From the NCBI GenBank assembly GCA_036339465.1, contig JAYZAY010000011.1:96001-160000 (forward strand): a stretch of DNA of 64,000 nt, in the 5' to 3' direction. How positions within the stretch are numbered: the stretch's first letter is position 1; every line of letters begins with the position of its first letter. This DNA comes from Myxococcota bacterium. GTDB lineage: Bacteria; Myxococcota; XYA12-FULL-58-9; JABJBS01. A model generated the notes under the pieces. The model had not been told where the DNA came from. It was given only the letters and a program-made list of their open reading frames with translations, and did not search any database. Positions 10,128-21,677 of this stretch are shown piece by piece. A program made the translations under genes and the position numbers.

Positions 10128-11018
10128 TTACCTCGGTATTTCCTTATGCCGTAAATGAATGTGTTCATATGTGCGTTCGAGTTCCGCTTTTACTTGTCGA
10201 GCGATACTCACTGATCGGTGCTGGCCTCCCGTACATCCGATAGCAACAGTCATATAGTGTTTTCCTTCTTTCATGAATTGGGGAATCGTATATTTTACCA
10301 TGTCTGTGATTCGTCGGGTTGTTTCATGAGATTCCGAGAAGTTCATGACATAATCGAAAACTTCCTGCTCTAAACCCGTTTTTGCGCGCAATGATTCCTC
10401 AAAGAATGGGTTTGGGAGGTAGCGAACGTCAAACACTAAGTTTGCCATACTTGGAAGACCATATTTATAGCCGAAGCTTACAAGTTCGATTCTCATGGAT
10501 TCCCCAGGAAATGGTTCAGACACGAGGCGGGATACATTGTCCCGAAGCTGGTGGGGCGACAGATCTGAAGTATTGATGCTTTGGTCCGCCAATTCCAGCA
10601 GGGGTGTTAGCAGTTCTCGCTCTGATGCCATGGCGACTCTGAGGCCTGCCCCAGTGTCCAATGGATGGGGTCGCCGGGTTTGGGAGTACCTCCTCAAGAG
10701 AACATCGTCATGGGCATGGAGGTAGACCAGGGTAGAGGGGGTTTGCGATTTTCGAACATGTTTGACGAGTTTTTCTATGCTCTGACTAAACCCAATGGCT
10801 CTGATATCCAAAATCAGCGCTATCCGTGGAATGTTCCAAGCAATGTTGTGGGTAAAGAGTTCCCGGCAGAGGGGCAATGGGAGGTTATCAATCGTGTAGA
10901 ATCCGAGATCTTCGAGGGCTCTTTTGACCGTTGATTTTCCCGAGCCTGAAGGCCCCGTGATGATCACGATTTCGCCTATTTTCACGATTTCGCCTATTTT
11001 ATTGTCGGGGCTATTCAT
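10128..11018 (-). CDS. rapZ: RNase adapter RapZ
   Basis: GPSGSGKS, DNLP, TRRPHPL, SFGYKYG, DVRYLPNP, IGCTGGQHRSV. Confidence 0.95.
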   Translation of the reverse strand: MNSPDNKIGEIVKIGEIVIITGPSGSGKSTVKRALEDLGFYTIDNLPLPLCRELFTHNIAWNIPRIALILDIRAIGFSQSIEKLVKHVRKSQTPSTLVYLHAHDDVLLRRYSQTRRPHPLDTGAGLRVAMASERELLTPLLELADQSINTSDLSPHQLRDNVSRLVSEPFPGESMRIELVSFGYKYGLPSMANLVFDVRYLPNPFFEESLRAKTGLEQEVFDYVMNFSESHETTRRITDMVKYTIPQFMKEGKHYMTVAIGCTGGQHRSVSIARQVKAELERTYEHIHLRHKEIPR

Positions 11019-11029
11019 GTCTCTACCAT

Positions 11030-11968
11030 CTATATTTCACGTAATTGACGTTCAACGTGGGACTGAAACTCTCTGGCTGAGTCATGTCCCTGAGATTTAA
11101 GAATGTAATTTCTGGCAGCGACCTCTACTATGGATGCGACACTACGGCCAGGGCGAATTGGTAGGGTTATTTTGGGTAATTCTGTATCGATCAATTGTAC
11201 GTATTCGTCGGCGAGCCCCGTTCGGTCGTAATCTGCATTGGGATCCCACTCAACCAGATCGACTATTAAGCTAATCTGTTTCATATTGCATATGGAAGCG
11301 GCGCCAAAGAGATCTTTAACATTGATGATCCCCAATCCTCGGACTTCCATGTGATGCTTTGTAAGTGGGGAGCCGTAGGCCACGAGATGATGACTTTGTT
11401 GGGAGATAATAATCATATCATCGGCAACGAGTCTGTGGCCCCTAAGAATCAGATCTAGCCCGCATTCACTTTTTCCGATACCACTGTTTCCCGTTAGAAT
11501 GACGCCTACTCCGAATACATCCATCAAGACCCCATGGAGGTTGACCTCAGGACTTAAGTGCTTATCGAGAAAGCTGTTAATTCGATTAATAAAGGTGGAT
11601 GAGGCGAGGGGCGTGATGAAGAGAGCGACCTTGTGATTTTCTGCAGCGTTCAATAGTTCCTGGGGAATCGTAAGATTTGTCGTCACGAACACACACGCGA
11701 TGTTGGCGCTAAGCACAGCCCCTAAGGATGACTCTTTTTCCGGTTGCGTGAGGGTTTCAAGGTAGCCGATTTCGGTTTTACCAAAAACGAGGACTCGGTT
11801 GGGGCGGACAGCTTCGGGGTATCCCGCAAGTGCGATGCCTGGTTTTTGAACTCGGCGATGGTTGATCAAACGGTTGAGTCCAGTCTCACCCGCGAGCAAA
11901 TTGAGTTCTAGCTTATGTTGCTCATCTTCGAGAATTGTTTTGACCAATATTTGCATTTGGGCTTTCAT
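11030..11968 (-). CDS. hprK: HPr kinase/phosphorylase
   Basis: HGVLMDVFGVG, GNSGIGKSE, GHRLVADD, EVRGLGII, EVAARN. Confidence 0.95.
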   Translation of the reverse strand: MKAQMQILVKTILEDEQHKLELNLLAGETGLNRLINHRRVQKPGIALAGYPEAVRPNRVLVFGKTEIGYLETLTQPEKESSLGAVLSANIACVFVTTNLTIPQELLNAAENHKVALFITPLASSTFINRINSFLDKHLSPEVNLHGVLMDVFGVGVILTGNSGIGKSECGLDLILRGHRLVADDMIIISQQSHHLVAYGSPLTKHHMEVRGLGIINVKDLFGAASICNMKQISLIVDLVEWDPNADYDRTGLADEYVQLIDTELPKITLPIRPGRSVASIVEVAARNYILKSQGHDSAREFQSHVERQLREI

Positions 11969-11983
11969 ATGACCTTGGTATCC

Positions 11984-12466
11984 TCAAGTGGGAGAAATTC
12001 GTAGGGTACGTTTGGGGGAATAAGATGAAGACAGTCCTTGGTGAATTGAATCATCTTTGAAGAGTCTCGAAACTCTTGCGAAGGCTTTTAGAGGTATCCC
12101 GTGGGAGCCTGCAGGGACCAAAAGCCCGAAAATAAGCAGGATTGGTCTTCTGTCGATGGCATCAAATGGTGCAGCATCAAATGGTGCTGGGGTTTGGCAT
12201 CGGGCAAATAATGCGACCATTTCCTTGAGTTCAGAAAGTCGAGCGTGTGGCATTGTGTCGCCGTTTCCGATTTTGGTTGAACCGAGTATTTCTCTCTCTA
12301 TCCTGGCGTGTAGGGTTCTCGAATTGTTTAATTGTAGCTGGGGCCGAAGGGGCTCAACTTGGGTAGCAGGTTTTGTTAAGAACTCTTGTATAGAGTTCGC
12401 CTCCAAATCATCTTTAGCCGGTTTTTTATCCAGGCAGGGCGCTATTTTCATGGATTTATGGATCAA
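11984..12466 (-). CDS. ptsN: Divergent, possibly decaying PTS EIIA-Ntr
   Basis: REILGSTKIGNGDTMPH, FDAID, LKAFARVSRLFKD; sits directly after rpoN; several conserved positions substituted. Confidence 0.75.
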   Translation of the reverse strand: MIHKSMKIAPCLDKKPAKDDLEANSIQEFLTKPATQVEPLRPQLQLNNSRTLHARIEREILGSTKIGNGDTMPHARLSELKEMVALFARCQTPAPFDAAPFDAIDRRPILLIFGLLVPAGSHGIPLKAFARVSRLFKDDSIHQGLSSSYSPKRTLRISPT

Positions 12467-12485
12467 CTGCTAGAGTTTGTTTGTT

Positions 12486-14048
12486 TTAGAATACTTTCTT
12501 GCGTTTGGAGGATGGGGCGATTCCCAACATCTCACGGTATTTTGCCACAGTTCTGCGGGCAATTTTAAGATCAAATTCTTGTAGGGCTTTGACAATTGCC
12601 TGGTCAGAAAGTGGTTTTTGTGGATTCTCATTTGTGACGAGATCTTTAATCCTGTTTCGAACTGATTCTGATGCTACCGAACTTCCTCCCTCTTTTTGAA
12701 TGGATGAATTAAAGAAATATTTTAATTCGTAGGTTCCCCTGGGGGTGTGAACGTATTTATTACTGGTAACTCTCGAAATTGTTGATTCATGCATTTCAAT
12801 GTCATCGGCGACATCTTTTAGGATTAAGGGTTTTAGGTGTTCCGGTCCGTTCTCGAAGAAGTTTTCTTGAAATTTCAAGATGCTTTCCATGACTTTATAA
12901 AGGGTACGCTGACGCATTTGTATACTACGAAGAAGCCATGAGGCACTTCGGACTTTGTCTTGCAGGTAGCTCTTGGCATCGCTGCTCAGATTTGCGCCGG
13001 TTTCATGGTAGTAGTTTGAAATTCTAAGTCGAGGAATGCCTTCCTCATTGGGGATGATAACCCAGGTGCCATTGACTTTCTTAATGTAAATATCGGGGCT
13101 GATGTATTGAGTTGTTCGGGGGTTGAAGGCTCGTCCCGGGCGAGGGTCTAGTTGCTTCAGTATTTCTAGAGTTTCACCAAGAGAGGACATCGGGCAGCCG
13201 AGTTCCTTGGCAATTTTCTTGTATTGTCGGTTTTCGAGTTCAGGAAGAAAGCGGTCGACTACTTGTATTGCGAGTGGCTCTGGTTTGGTCAGTTGGTGTA
13301 GTTGTTTCAGAAGACAATCGCGAATGCTGTAACTCGCTACGCCAATGGGATCTAGGGTCTGTATTTCGGCTACGATTAACTCAAGTTCATCTCGCGTAAT
13401 ACCGTGGACCTCAAGATCCGCCAAGAGAGTAGCAATGATGTCTTCTGGCAGGTAACCATCTTCAGTGAGCTCTTCAATGACGAGATATGAGAGTTGTTTT
13501 TCTCGCTCTGAGAGTCGATTGTGTTGAAGCTGTGCCTTAAGATGGTCGGTCAAGGATGAAGGGGCGGCAACGGTTGCCTCTAGAGACGGTGCATCTTCTA
13601 ATGAGCCCGCTCCGGCACCATTGGGTAGGCCCATACTATAAGAGTCAGCATAATTTTCCCAATCGATGTCCTGTCGCACTTCCTGTGCCGACGGCTCAGG
13701 GTTCGATTCCGTTTGGGCGGATTCTAGGGACTGCATATCCCTCAATATTTCTTGGTCTTCCCTGACTTTTCCCGTGTCGGGGCTCTCGGGGTTAAGACCC
13801 ATCATCCCGTCGTTGTCGAGCTGCGGCCGGTCAATTTCTCGGGGAAGTTCGGTGCTGAGAGGAGCATCTTCCCGACTGTCTGAATCTTGCCCTCTTTCCT
13901 CAAGTACCGGATTTTCTTCCAATTCGTGTTGAATTGCATTGGCCATTTCAAGGTGCGAGAGTTGGAGCAATTTTATAGCTTGTTGCAGCTGAGGCGTCAT
14001 GACCAGCTGTTGTGCCAGTTTTTGCTGTAGTCTTAGCTGAAGGGCCAT
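12486..14048 (-). CDS. rpoN: RNA polymerase sigma-54
   Basis: QQLVMTPQLQQAIKLLQLS, HESTISRVT, RpoN box ARRTVAKYRE. Confidence 0.97.
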   Translation of the reverse strand: MALQLRLQQKLAQQLVMTPQLQQAIKLLQLSHLEMANAIQHELEENPVLEERGQDSDSREDAPLSTELPREIDRPQLDNDGMMGLNPESPDTGKVREDQEILRDMQSLESAQTESNPEPSAQEVRQDIDWENYADSYSMGLPNGAGAGSLEDAPSLEATVAAPSSLTDHLKAQLQHNRLSEREKQLSYLVIEELTEDGYLPEDIIATLLADLEVHGITRDELELIVAEIQTLDPIGVASYSIRDCLLKQLHQLTKPEPLAIQVVDRFLPELENRQYKKIAKELGCPMSSLGETLEILKQLDPRPGRAFNPRTTQYISPDIYIKKVNGTWVIIPNEEGIPRLRISNYYHETGANLSSDAKSYLQDKVRSASWLLRSIQMRQRTLYKVMESILKFQENFFENGPEHLKPLILKDVADDIEMHESTISRVTSNKYVHTPRGTYELKYFFNSSIQKEGGSSVASESVRNRIKDLVTNENPQKPLSDQAIVKALQEFDLKIARRTVAKYREMLGIAPSSKRKKVF

Positions 14049-14106
14049 AGTGGCATTGTATATAAATCTATGCTCAGAACCAATGAGTTGGTACGATTTT
14101 TGCTAA

Positions 14107-14859
14107 TTATCCAATTTTCATGGAAAAATCTGATCCAAGATACATCCTTTTGGCTTCAGGATGATTGATAACCGTTTCGACTTTGCCTTCCACGAGAATG
14201 CTGCCATCGGCGATAATATAGCTTCTTTCACAAATTTCTAATGTTTCTCGGACGTTATGGTCTGTGATTAAAATGCCAATATTTCTTGAGCGCATGTCCA
14301 GGATAAATTTTCGTATTTCGTTGATCGCGATGGGATCCACACCAGCAAATGGTTCGTCCAGCAGCACAATGGAGGGATTGGTCACCATCGTGCGAGCCAT
14401 CTCAAGACGTCGACGTTCTCCCCCAGAAAGTCGGCTCGCTGGGGTATGACTGACGGGTTCAAGCTGAAAGTCCTCAAGAAGCTTATCTGCAATTTTGATT
14501 GCTTCTTTACCGTTTGTTCCTGCTATTTCTGCTGCGGCTTGCAGATTTTTTTTGGTGGATAGCCCCCGAAAAACAGTGCTCTCTTGGGGAAGGTATGCCA
14601 GTCCTAAGCGGGTACGCTGGTGGAGTGGCATGCCATCAAGTTTGTTAGGGCCGAGTAAGATGGACCCTGCTTCGGGTTGCAGTAATCCTAGGACCAATCG
14701 AAAGGATGTTGTTTTTCCGGCTCCGTTGGGACCCAATAATCCGACAATTTCACCGGGGCTGACTTCGAAACTGACGTCTCGAACCACGGGACGTCTCTGA
14801 AAACTTTTGCGAAGGTTTTTGGCATGCAGCCGAGGTGTAGTGATTTGTTGTTGGGACAC
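14107..14859 (-). CDS. lptB: LPS export ABC ATPase
   Basis: GPNGAGKTT, LSGGERRR, LLDEPFAGVDPI, ITDHNVRETL; upstream of rpoN. Confidence 0.93.
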   Translation of the reverse strand: MSQQQITTPRLHAKNLRKSFQRRPVVRDVSFEVSPGEIVGLLGPNGAGKTTSFRLVLGLLQPEAGSILLGPNKLDGMPLHQRTRLGLAYLPQESTVFRGLSTKKNLQAAAEIAGTNGKEAIKIADKLLEDFQLEPVSHTPASRLSGGERRRLEMARTMVTNPSIVLLDEPFAGVDPIAINEIRKFILDMRSRNIGILITDHNVRETLEICERSYIIADGSILVEGKVETVINHPEAKRMYLGSDFSMKIG

Positions 14860-14864
14860 GCGGC

Positions 14865-15389
14865 TTAGCCTCGAGTATTGGGTCTTGAGGGAAGGGGGCA
14901 GAACTCGGGTAGAGGTTTTCGAGAGTCAATAAAATCAATCGGTTGTACTGAGGATGTGTCTTGGCGAATGATGATTCCTTGGGGACGCTTTACTAGGGCG
15001 TTTTCGGAATTGAGTCGCACCACAATTTCGACGCCAGTCAGCCAACTGGCGCCTCTTTTGAGCAGAGGTGCTCCAGTGAGGACGACTTTGGATTGAGCGG
15101 GATTGTGGTTCGCTTTTTCGGCCCAGACAAGTTCGTTTTTACGTTGCGCCCGAACATTTTGCATACAAATGAGTGAGTTCCAGTTCCAGTTCTCATCGGC
15201 AAAGGCTTCAAAACTATCGCAACAGAGCATCATCTTTTGAGTACGCACCACCACGTTATTGATACATTTTGCACGATGGGTTTGATTGAATATTTCCATT
15301 TGGTCACACCGAAACTCAATGGGGGCATTCTTTGGCTGGTGGGCTTGGCCTCCGATGATGCTTAGCAGTGGCAGTAAATAATGTAACAT
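14865..15389 (-). CDS. lptA: LptA/OstA-family periplasmic protein
   Basis: Signal peptide, beta-jellyroll-like strands, VVLTGAP..G..I; adjacent to lptB. Confidence 0.7.
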   Translation of the reverse strand: MLHYLLPLLSIIGGQAHQPKNAPIEFRCDQMEIFNQTHRAKCINNVVVRTQKMMLCCDSFEAFADENWNWNSLICMQNVRAQRKNELVWAEKANHNPAQSKVVLTGAPLLKRGASWLTGVEIVVRLNSENALVKRPQGIIIRQDTSSVQPIDFIDSRKPLPEFCPLPSRPNTRG

Positions 15390-15449
15390 CCATTGTGCCT
15401 TGTGTTTGGTGCGGGGCCTAAGACAGCTAGGAGGACGCCTTCACCCTTT

Positions 15450-16463
15450 TTATTCTTTTAATCCAAAATCGCATTTCTTACCAGGGGTTGGTCTGCTCTG
15501 CGGTCGTGTTTTCCACCGGGAATGCAGCCAAACCCACTGTTCTGGGAACATGCGAATCGCTTCTTCTAAGCGTTGATTGAGGGCTGTGGTGAGTGAGAGA
15601 ATGGCTTCGTCACTCATTTCTTGGTGTTTGTATTCGAATCGCTCCAAGTGAATTTTGTATTGATTCCCAGTTCGGTGGATCCAACCCACGATGATTGGGG
15701 CTTGGGTCCTCAGTGCGAAAAGCGCTGGGGCGCTTGGGGTCCATGCTTCTTGGTTGAAAAAGGGAGAAAAAACCCCGGGTACTTTAGTGTCTTGGTCAAT
15801 CAGAAGTCCCAGGATTCGCTGCCGTTTGAATGTTCGTAGAATTTCCTTAGGGCTCGAATTGGTGCCTCGCCAAAGAACCTCCATGCCGTGACGTCCCCGC
15901 CATTGGTCCACCCAGTGGGTGAGTCGTGGATCATAGGTTGGTTTCGCAACAGAGGTAATGGGATAGCCTTCCTTAGCCAAGACTTGAGCCAGTAATTCCC
16001 ATGGTCCGATATGTCCGGTGACGGCGATGACCCCTTTCTTTTCTGCCACGGCATCATCGAGGAGTGTTCGTTGTTCTGCTGTGAGTTTAAGGGTGGGGTC
16101 TTGGGTGATGAGTTTGTCACAATGGATGGCTTCAACACTGGCCATGGCCAGGTGGACGAACATTTTTTCCACAAGTCCTCGAGCCTCGACGTTATCGCCA
16201 TTACTATAGTGGGAGCTAACTTGGGCGATGGCACGCCGCTCTTCCTTTTTGGCTATAAGTCTTGCCTGTATTCCCAGGAGTTTTGCTATTTTACGACAGA
16301 TCGGAAAGGGAATTCGTTCCAGGGCCTTAAAGAGTAGACGCAATACGATGAAAATGAGATTATTCTTGATTCGTTGTAGGGGGGGCCACGGGGGTAATTC
16401 AATGGAGGAGAAGTCTTGTGGTGTGGAATTTTGCCGCTCGGCGTCAGGTGATTGTTCAGACAT
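15450..16463 (-). CDS. Lipid A late acyltransferase (LpxL/HtrB family)
   Basis: TGHIGPWE, LIDQD, PEQWVWLHSRWK; within the kds cluster. Confidence 0.9.
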   Translation of the reverse strand: MSEQSPDAERQNSTPQDFSSIELPPWPPLQRIKNNLIFIVLRLLFKALERIPFPICRKIAKLLGIQARLIAKKEERRAIAQVSSHYSNGDNVEARGLVEKMFVHLAMASVEAIHCDKLITQDPTLKLTAEQRTLLDDAVAEKKGVIAVTGHIGPWELLAQVLAKEGYPITSVAKPTYDPRLTHWVDQWRGRHGMEVLWRGTNSSPKEILRTFKRQRILGLLIDQDTKVPGVFSPFFNQEAWTPSAPALFALRTQAPIIVGWIHRTGNQYKIHLERFEYKHQEMSDEAILSLTTALNQRLEEAIRMFPEQWVWLHSRWKTRPQSRPTPGKKCDFGLKE

Positions 16464-16469
16464 TCTGGT

Positions 16470-16991
16470 TTAGTAAGGCCATTTTCCTTGGGCACGCAAG
16501 ATTGTTTCACAACATTCTCTGGCCGCACCTTGTCCACCTTGACTTGTTAGGATCCAGTCAGCTTTTTCTTTGAGTTCGATAACAGCATCGTTTACGGCAA
16601 TTCTTAGACCAACGGCTTTAAAGGCGGCAAGGTCGATGATATCGTCTCCAACGAATGCGCTTTTCTCGGGAGAGACGTTTAGATCGCGACAGACTTGTTT
16701 GACCATCTCTTCTTTATCGTGGCATTTGCCGTGAATTGCATGGACACCGAGTTCCGAGAAACGAGCTTGAGCAATATCTATGGGCCGCCCTGAGATAATT
16801 GCGGATTTCAGACTGGCGCGATTCCAGAGGGCCAAGCCGATACCATCTTTAGCGCTAAATTTGAGCCAGCGGTCGCCGGAGTCACTATAAAAAAGTCCGC
16901 CGTCGGTGAGGACACCATCGCAATCGAAGAAGATTGCTTCGATTCTCTCTAGTTTCTCCAGGGGTGGCACTGCCAGGTTTTGTTGGTTCAT
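16470..16991 (-). CDS. kdsC: KDO-8-phosphate phosphatase (HAD family)
   Basis: DCDGVLTDG, GDDIID, GGQGAARE. Confidence 0.92.
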   Translation of the reverse strand: MNQQNLAVPPLEKLERIEAIFFDCDGVLTDGGLFYSDSGDRWLKFSAKDGIGLALWNRASLKSAIISGRPIDIAQARFSELGVHAIHGKCHDKEEMVKQVCRDLNVSPEKSAFVGDDIIDLAAFKAVGLRIAVNDAVIELKEKADWILTSQGGQGAARECCETILRAQGKWPY

Positions 16992-17000
16992 GATGGCTCT

Positions 17001-17821
17001 TTATGCTCTATTGGGCCGAAGGAGTTGCTCTATTTTAGATACTTCTTCAATTGTTTGCTTGAGAAGAGGAAAGTCTAAGGAGTTGGGCCCGTCGGATTTT
17101 GCCAAATCTGGCTCCGGGTGCACCTCGCAGAATAGCCCATCGATGCCGGCAGCGGTAGCGGCGCGGGCAAGGATGGGCGCCAAAGTTCTGTCCCCGCCGG
17201 TAGTGTCTTGTTGGCTGGCTGGTTTTTGGACCGAATGGGTGGCGTCAAAGATGACCGGACACTGACACCCTTCACGCATTGTCCGAAAGCCTCGCATATC
17301 GACCACGAGATTGTCGTAGCCAAAGGTGGATCCACGTTCGGTGACTGCAATATGTCTTCCACCGCCTTCTCTGAACTTATTGGTTACATGTGTCATGGCA
17401 TCTGGTGCCAGAAATTGTCCCTTTTTAATGCAAGTTGGCCGTCCTGTTTTAGCTGCGGCGAGAATGAGGTCCGTTTGTCTACACAGAAATGCGGGGATCT
17501 GGAGCACATCGACTACTTCCGCGACCATCTCGGCTTGGGATGGGCAATGAAAGTCTGTAAGCACAGGGACATTGAACTCTGTTTGGATGTGTCGGAGGAT
17601 TTCGAGCCCCTTCTGAATACCGGGACCACGGTAGGAGTTCATGGAGGTTCGGTTCGCTTTATCGAATGATGCTTTAAATATATAGGACAGGCCATACTGC
17701 GTGCATGTTTCTAAGGTAAATTCGGCAACTTTTCGGCAAGTATCTAGGGACTCAGCGACGCAGGGGCCAGCAATCAGGGTCATTTTTCGTTTTTCAAAGA
17801 GGTCCGCAACATTCGGATGCA

Positions 17822-17822
<1 letters not shown>
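17001..17822 (-). CDS. kdsA: KDO-8-phosphate synthase
   Basis: IAGPC, KASFDKANRTS, QIPAFLCRQTDL, KKGQF, DATHSVQ. Confidence 0.97.
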
Positions 17823-20192
<2,370 letters not shown>

Positions 20193-20262
20193 GATGGGAT
20201 TGGCCTATAGGAGTCATCACTGACTTTCGTCAAGAGTTAATTAAGGGTTGAGTGCAAAAGAA

Positions 20263-21132
20263 CTACACTCGTTGAATATTCCGAAGGTGTTTTAATGATT
20301 TTTGTAACTTTGAGACGACCCGACTCTCTATTTGCCGAATCCTTTCCCGCGACACGCCAAAATGTGTGCCGATGTCTTGGAGACTCATTGGGTCGTCCGT
20401 CATTAAACGATGTTTGATGATGTATTGTTCTTTTTCGTTGCAGGAGTGCGCCACTTCGGCAATTCCATCTCTGATTGCTTGGGTCTCTTGAGCTTTTCCT
20501 AGCAGACATTCTTGATCGGGAGATTCATGCTCGACCATTTCTAAGTGCGTGGTTTCATCATCGTCTCGAAGCTTAGTATCCAACGAAAAGTCACGTCCGG
20601 CCATGTATACTTCCATGGTCTCGAAATCTTCGAGGCTAACGCCTAGGGTTTCGGCCAGCTCCGCTCGTGAGATAGGCTCGCCAGGCCCAGCCAATTGTTC
20701 GGCCTTACTTTTCTCGGAGCGGATCTTAAAGAAAAGTTTTCGGCGGGCGGAAGTCATGCCTACTTTGACCATAGACCATGATTGTTGGACGAAGGTTTGT
20801 ATTTGAGCTTTGATCCACCAAACAGCATAGGAGATGAGGCGATAACCTCGGTCTGGATCAAATTTCTTGACCGCAACCATGAGGCCAATGTTGCCCTCTT
20901 GAACCAAATCCAGCATTTTCATGCCGTAGTTGCGGTATTGATGTGCTATCTTTACAACGAATCTCAAGTTCGAGATGACGAGTTTGTGAGCAGCATCTAG
21001 GTCTCCGTGGTCACGATAGGCTCTCGCAAGAGCCTGCTCTTCATCGAATGATAGAAGGGGGTATTGATTCACTTCCGCCATGTAGCTGTCGAGATTATTT
21101 TCGTGCGGGACCAATGCCATGGTTCGACTCAT
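20263..21132 (-). CDS. rpoH: Sigma-32/RpoH-family RNA polymerase sigma factor
   Basis: NLRFVVKIA, DLVQEGNIGLM, YAVWWIKA, RpoH-box-like RRKLFFKIRSEK, SRERIRQIE. Confidence 0.85.
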   Translation of the reverse strand: MSRTMALVPHENNLDSYMAEVNQYPLLSFDEEQALARAYRDHGDLDAAHKLVISNLRFVVKIAHQYRNYGMKMLDLVQEGNIGLMVAVKKFDPDRGYRLISYAVWWIKAQIQTFVQQSWSMVKVGMTSARRKLFFKIRSEKSKAEQLAGPGEPISRAELAETLGVSLEDFETMEVYMAGRDFSLDTKLRDDDETTHLEMVEHESPDQECLLGKAQETQAIRDGIAEVAHSCNEKEQYIIKHRLMTDDPMSLQDIGTHFGVSRERIRQIESRVVSKLQKSLKHLRNIQRV

Positions 21133-21133
21133 A

Positions 21134-21541
21134 TTATTTATCCTCTTTTTTGGGGCTACCAGTGGGGTAAGCTGGTCGATTCTTCGCTAATTCTTCTAAA
21201 GTCATATCTTTTAAGAGACGTTCGATATTGGCTGAGACCCAACTGGCGGGGTGGGTCAGTCCAAGTTTCGCCTGAAACGAGCTTCCTTCTAAGGCGAGTA
21301 CGATTTCAGCAAGGCTTATTTCAAGGGGATTTTTTGCGAGTTGGTATCCACCTTGCGCCCCACGTTGAGAGATTAAAAGTCCATTTTTACTGAGGCTTTT
21401 GAGGATTTTGGCTGTTGTTGTGAGTGGTAGGCCTAATTGTAAGGCCAGGTCTCTTGCACTGAAACTGCAGGATGAGCGTTGGGTTGCTATATGCTCCAAA
21501 AGCAAGAGCCCATGGTTCGTAATTTGGGTTAGTTTTAGCAT
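21134..21541 (-). CDS. Rrf2-family transcriptional regulator lacking the C-terminal Cys cluster
   Basis: MLKLTQITNHGL, KILKSL, SQRGAQGGYQLA, ISLAEIVLALEG; start at 21541 because the longer ORF begins inside a promoter. Confidence 0.85.
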   Translation of the reverse strand: MLKLTQITNHGLLLLEHIATQRSSCSFSARDLALQLGLPLTTTAKILKSLSKNGLLISQRGAQGGYQLAKNPLEISLAEIVLALEGSSFQAKLGLTHPASWVSANIERLLKDMTLEELAKNRPAYPTGSPKKEDK

Positions 21542-21591
21542 TCCTATTTCTTTTCCTGGATTAATTATGCCTAAAAATATTCCTAATACTA

Positions 21592-21619
21592 ATGTTAAGG
21601 ACAAGCCACACACTGTCAA
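21592..21619 (-). promoter_or_regulatory. Sigma70-like promoter for Rrf2-rpoH
   Basis: Minus strand TTGACA-N16-TAACAT about 50 nt upstream of the Rrf2 ATG. Confidence 0.6.
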
Positions 21620-21677
21620 TGTTCTAAATGTTAACTTTTAGTTCAGAGATTTAGAGCGCAAAGCCGAAAACGAGGCG

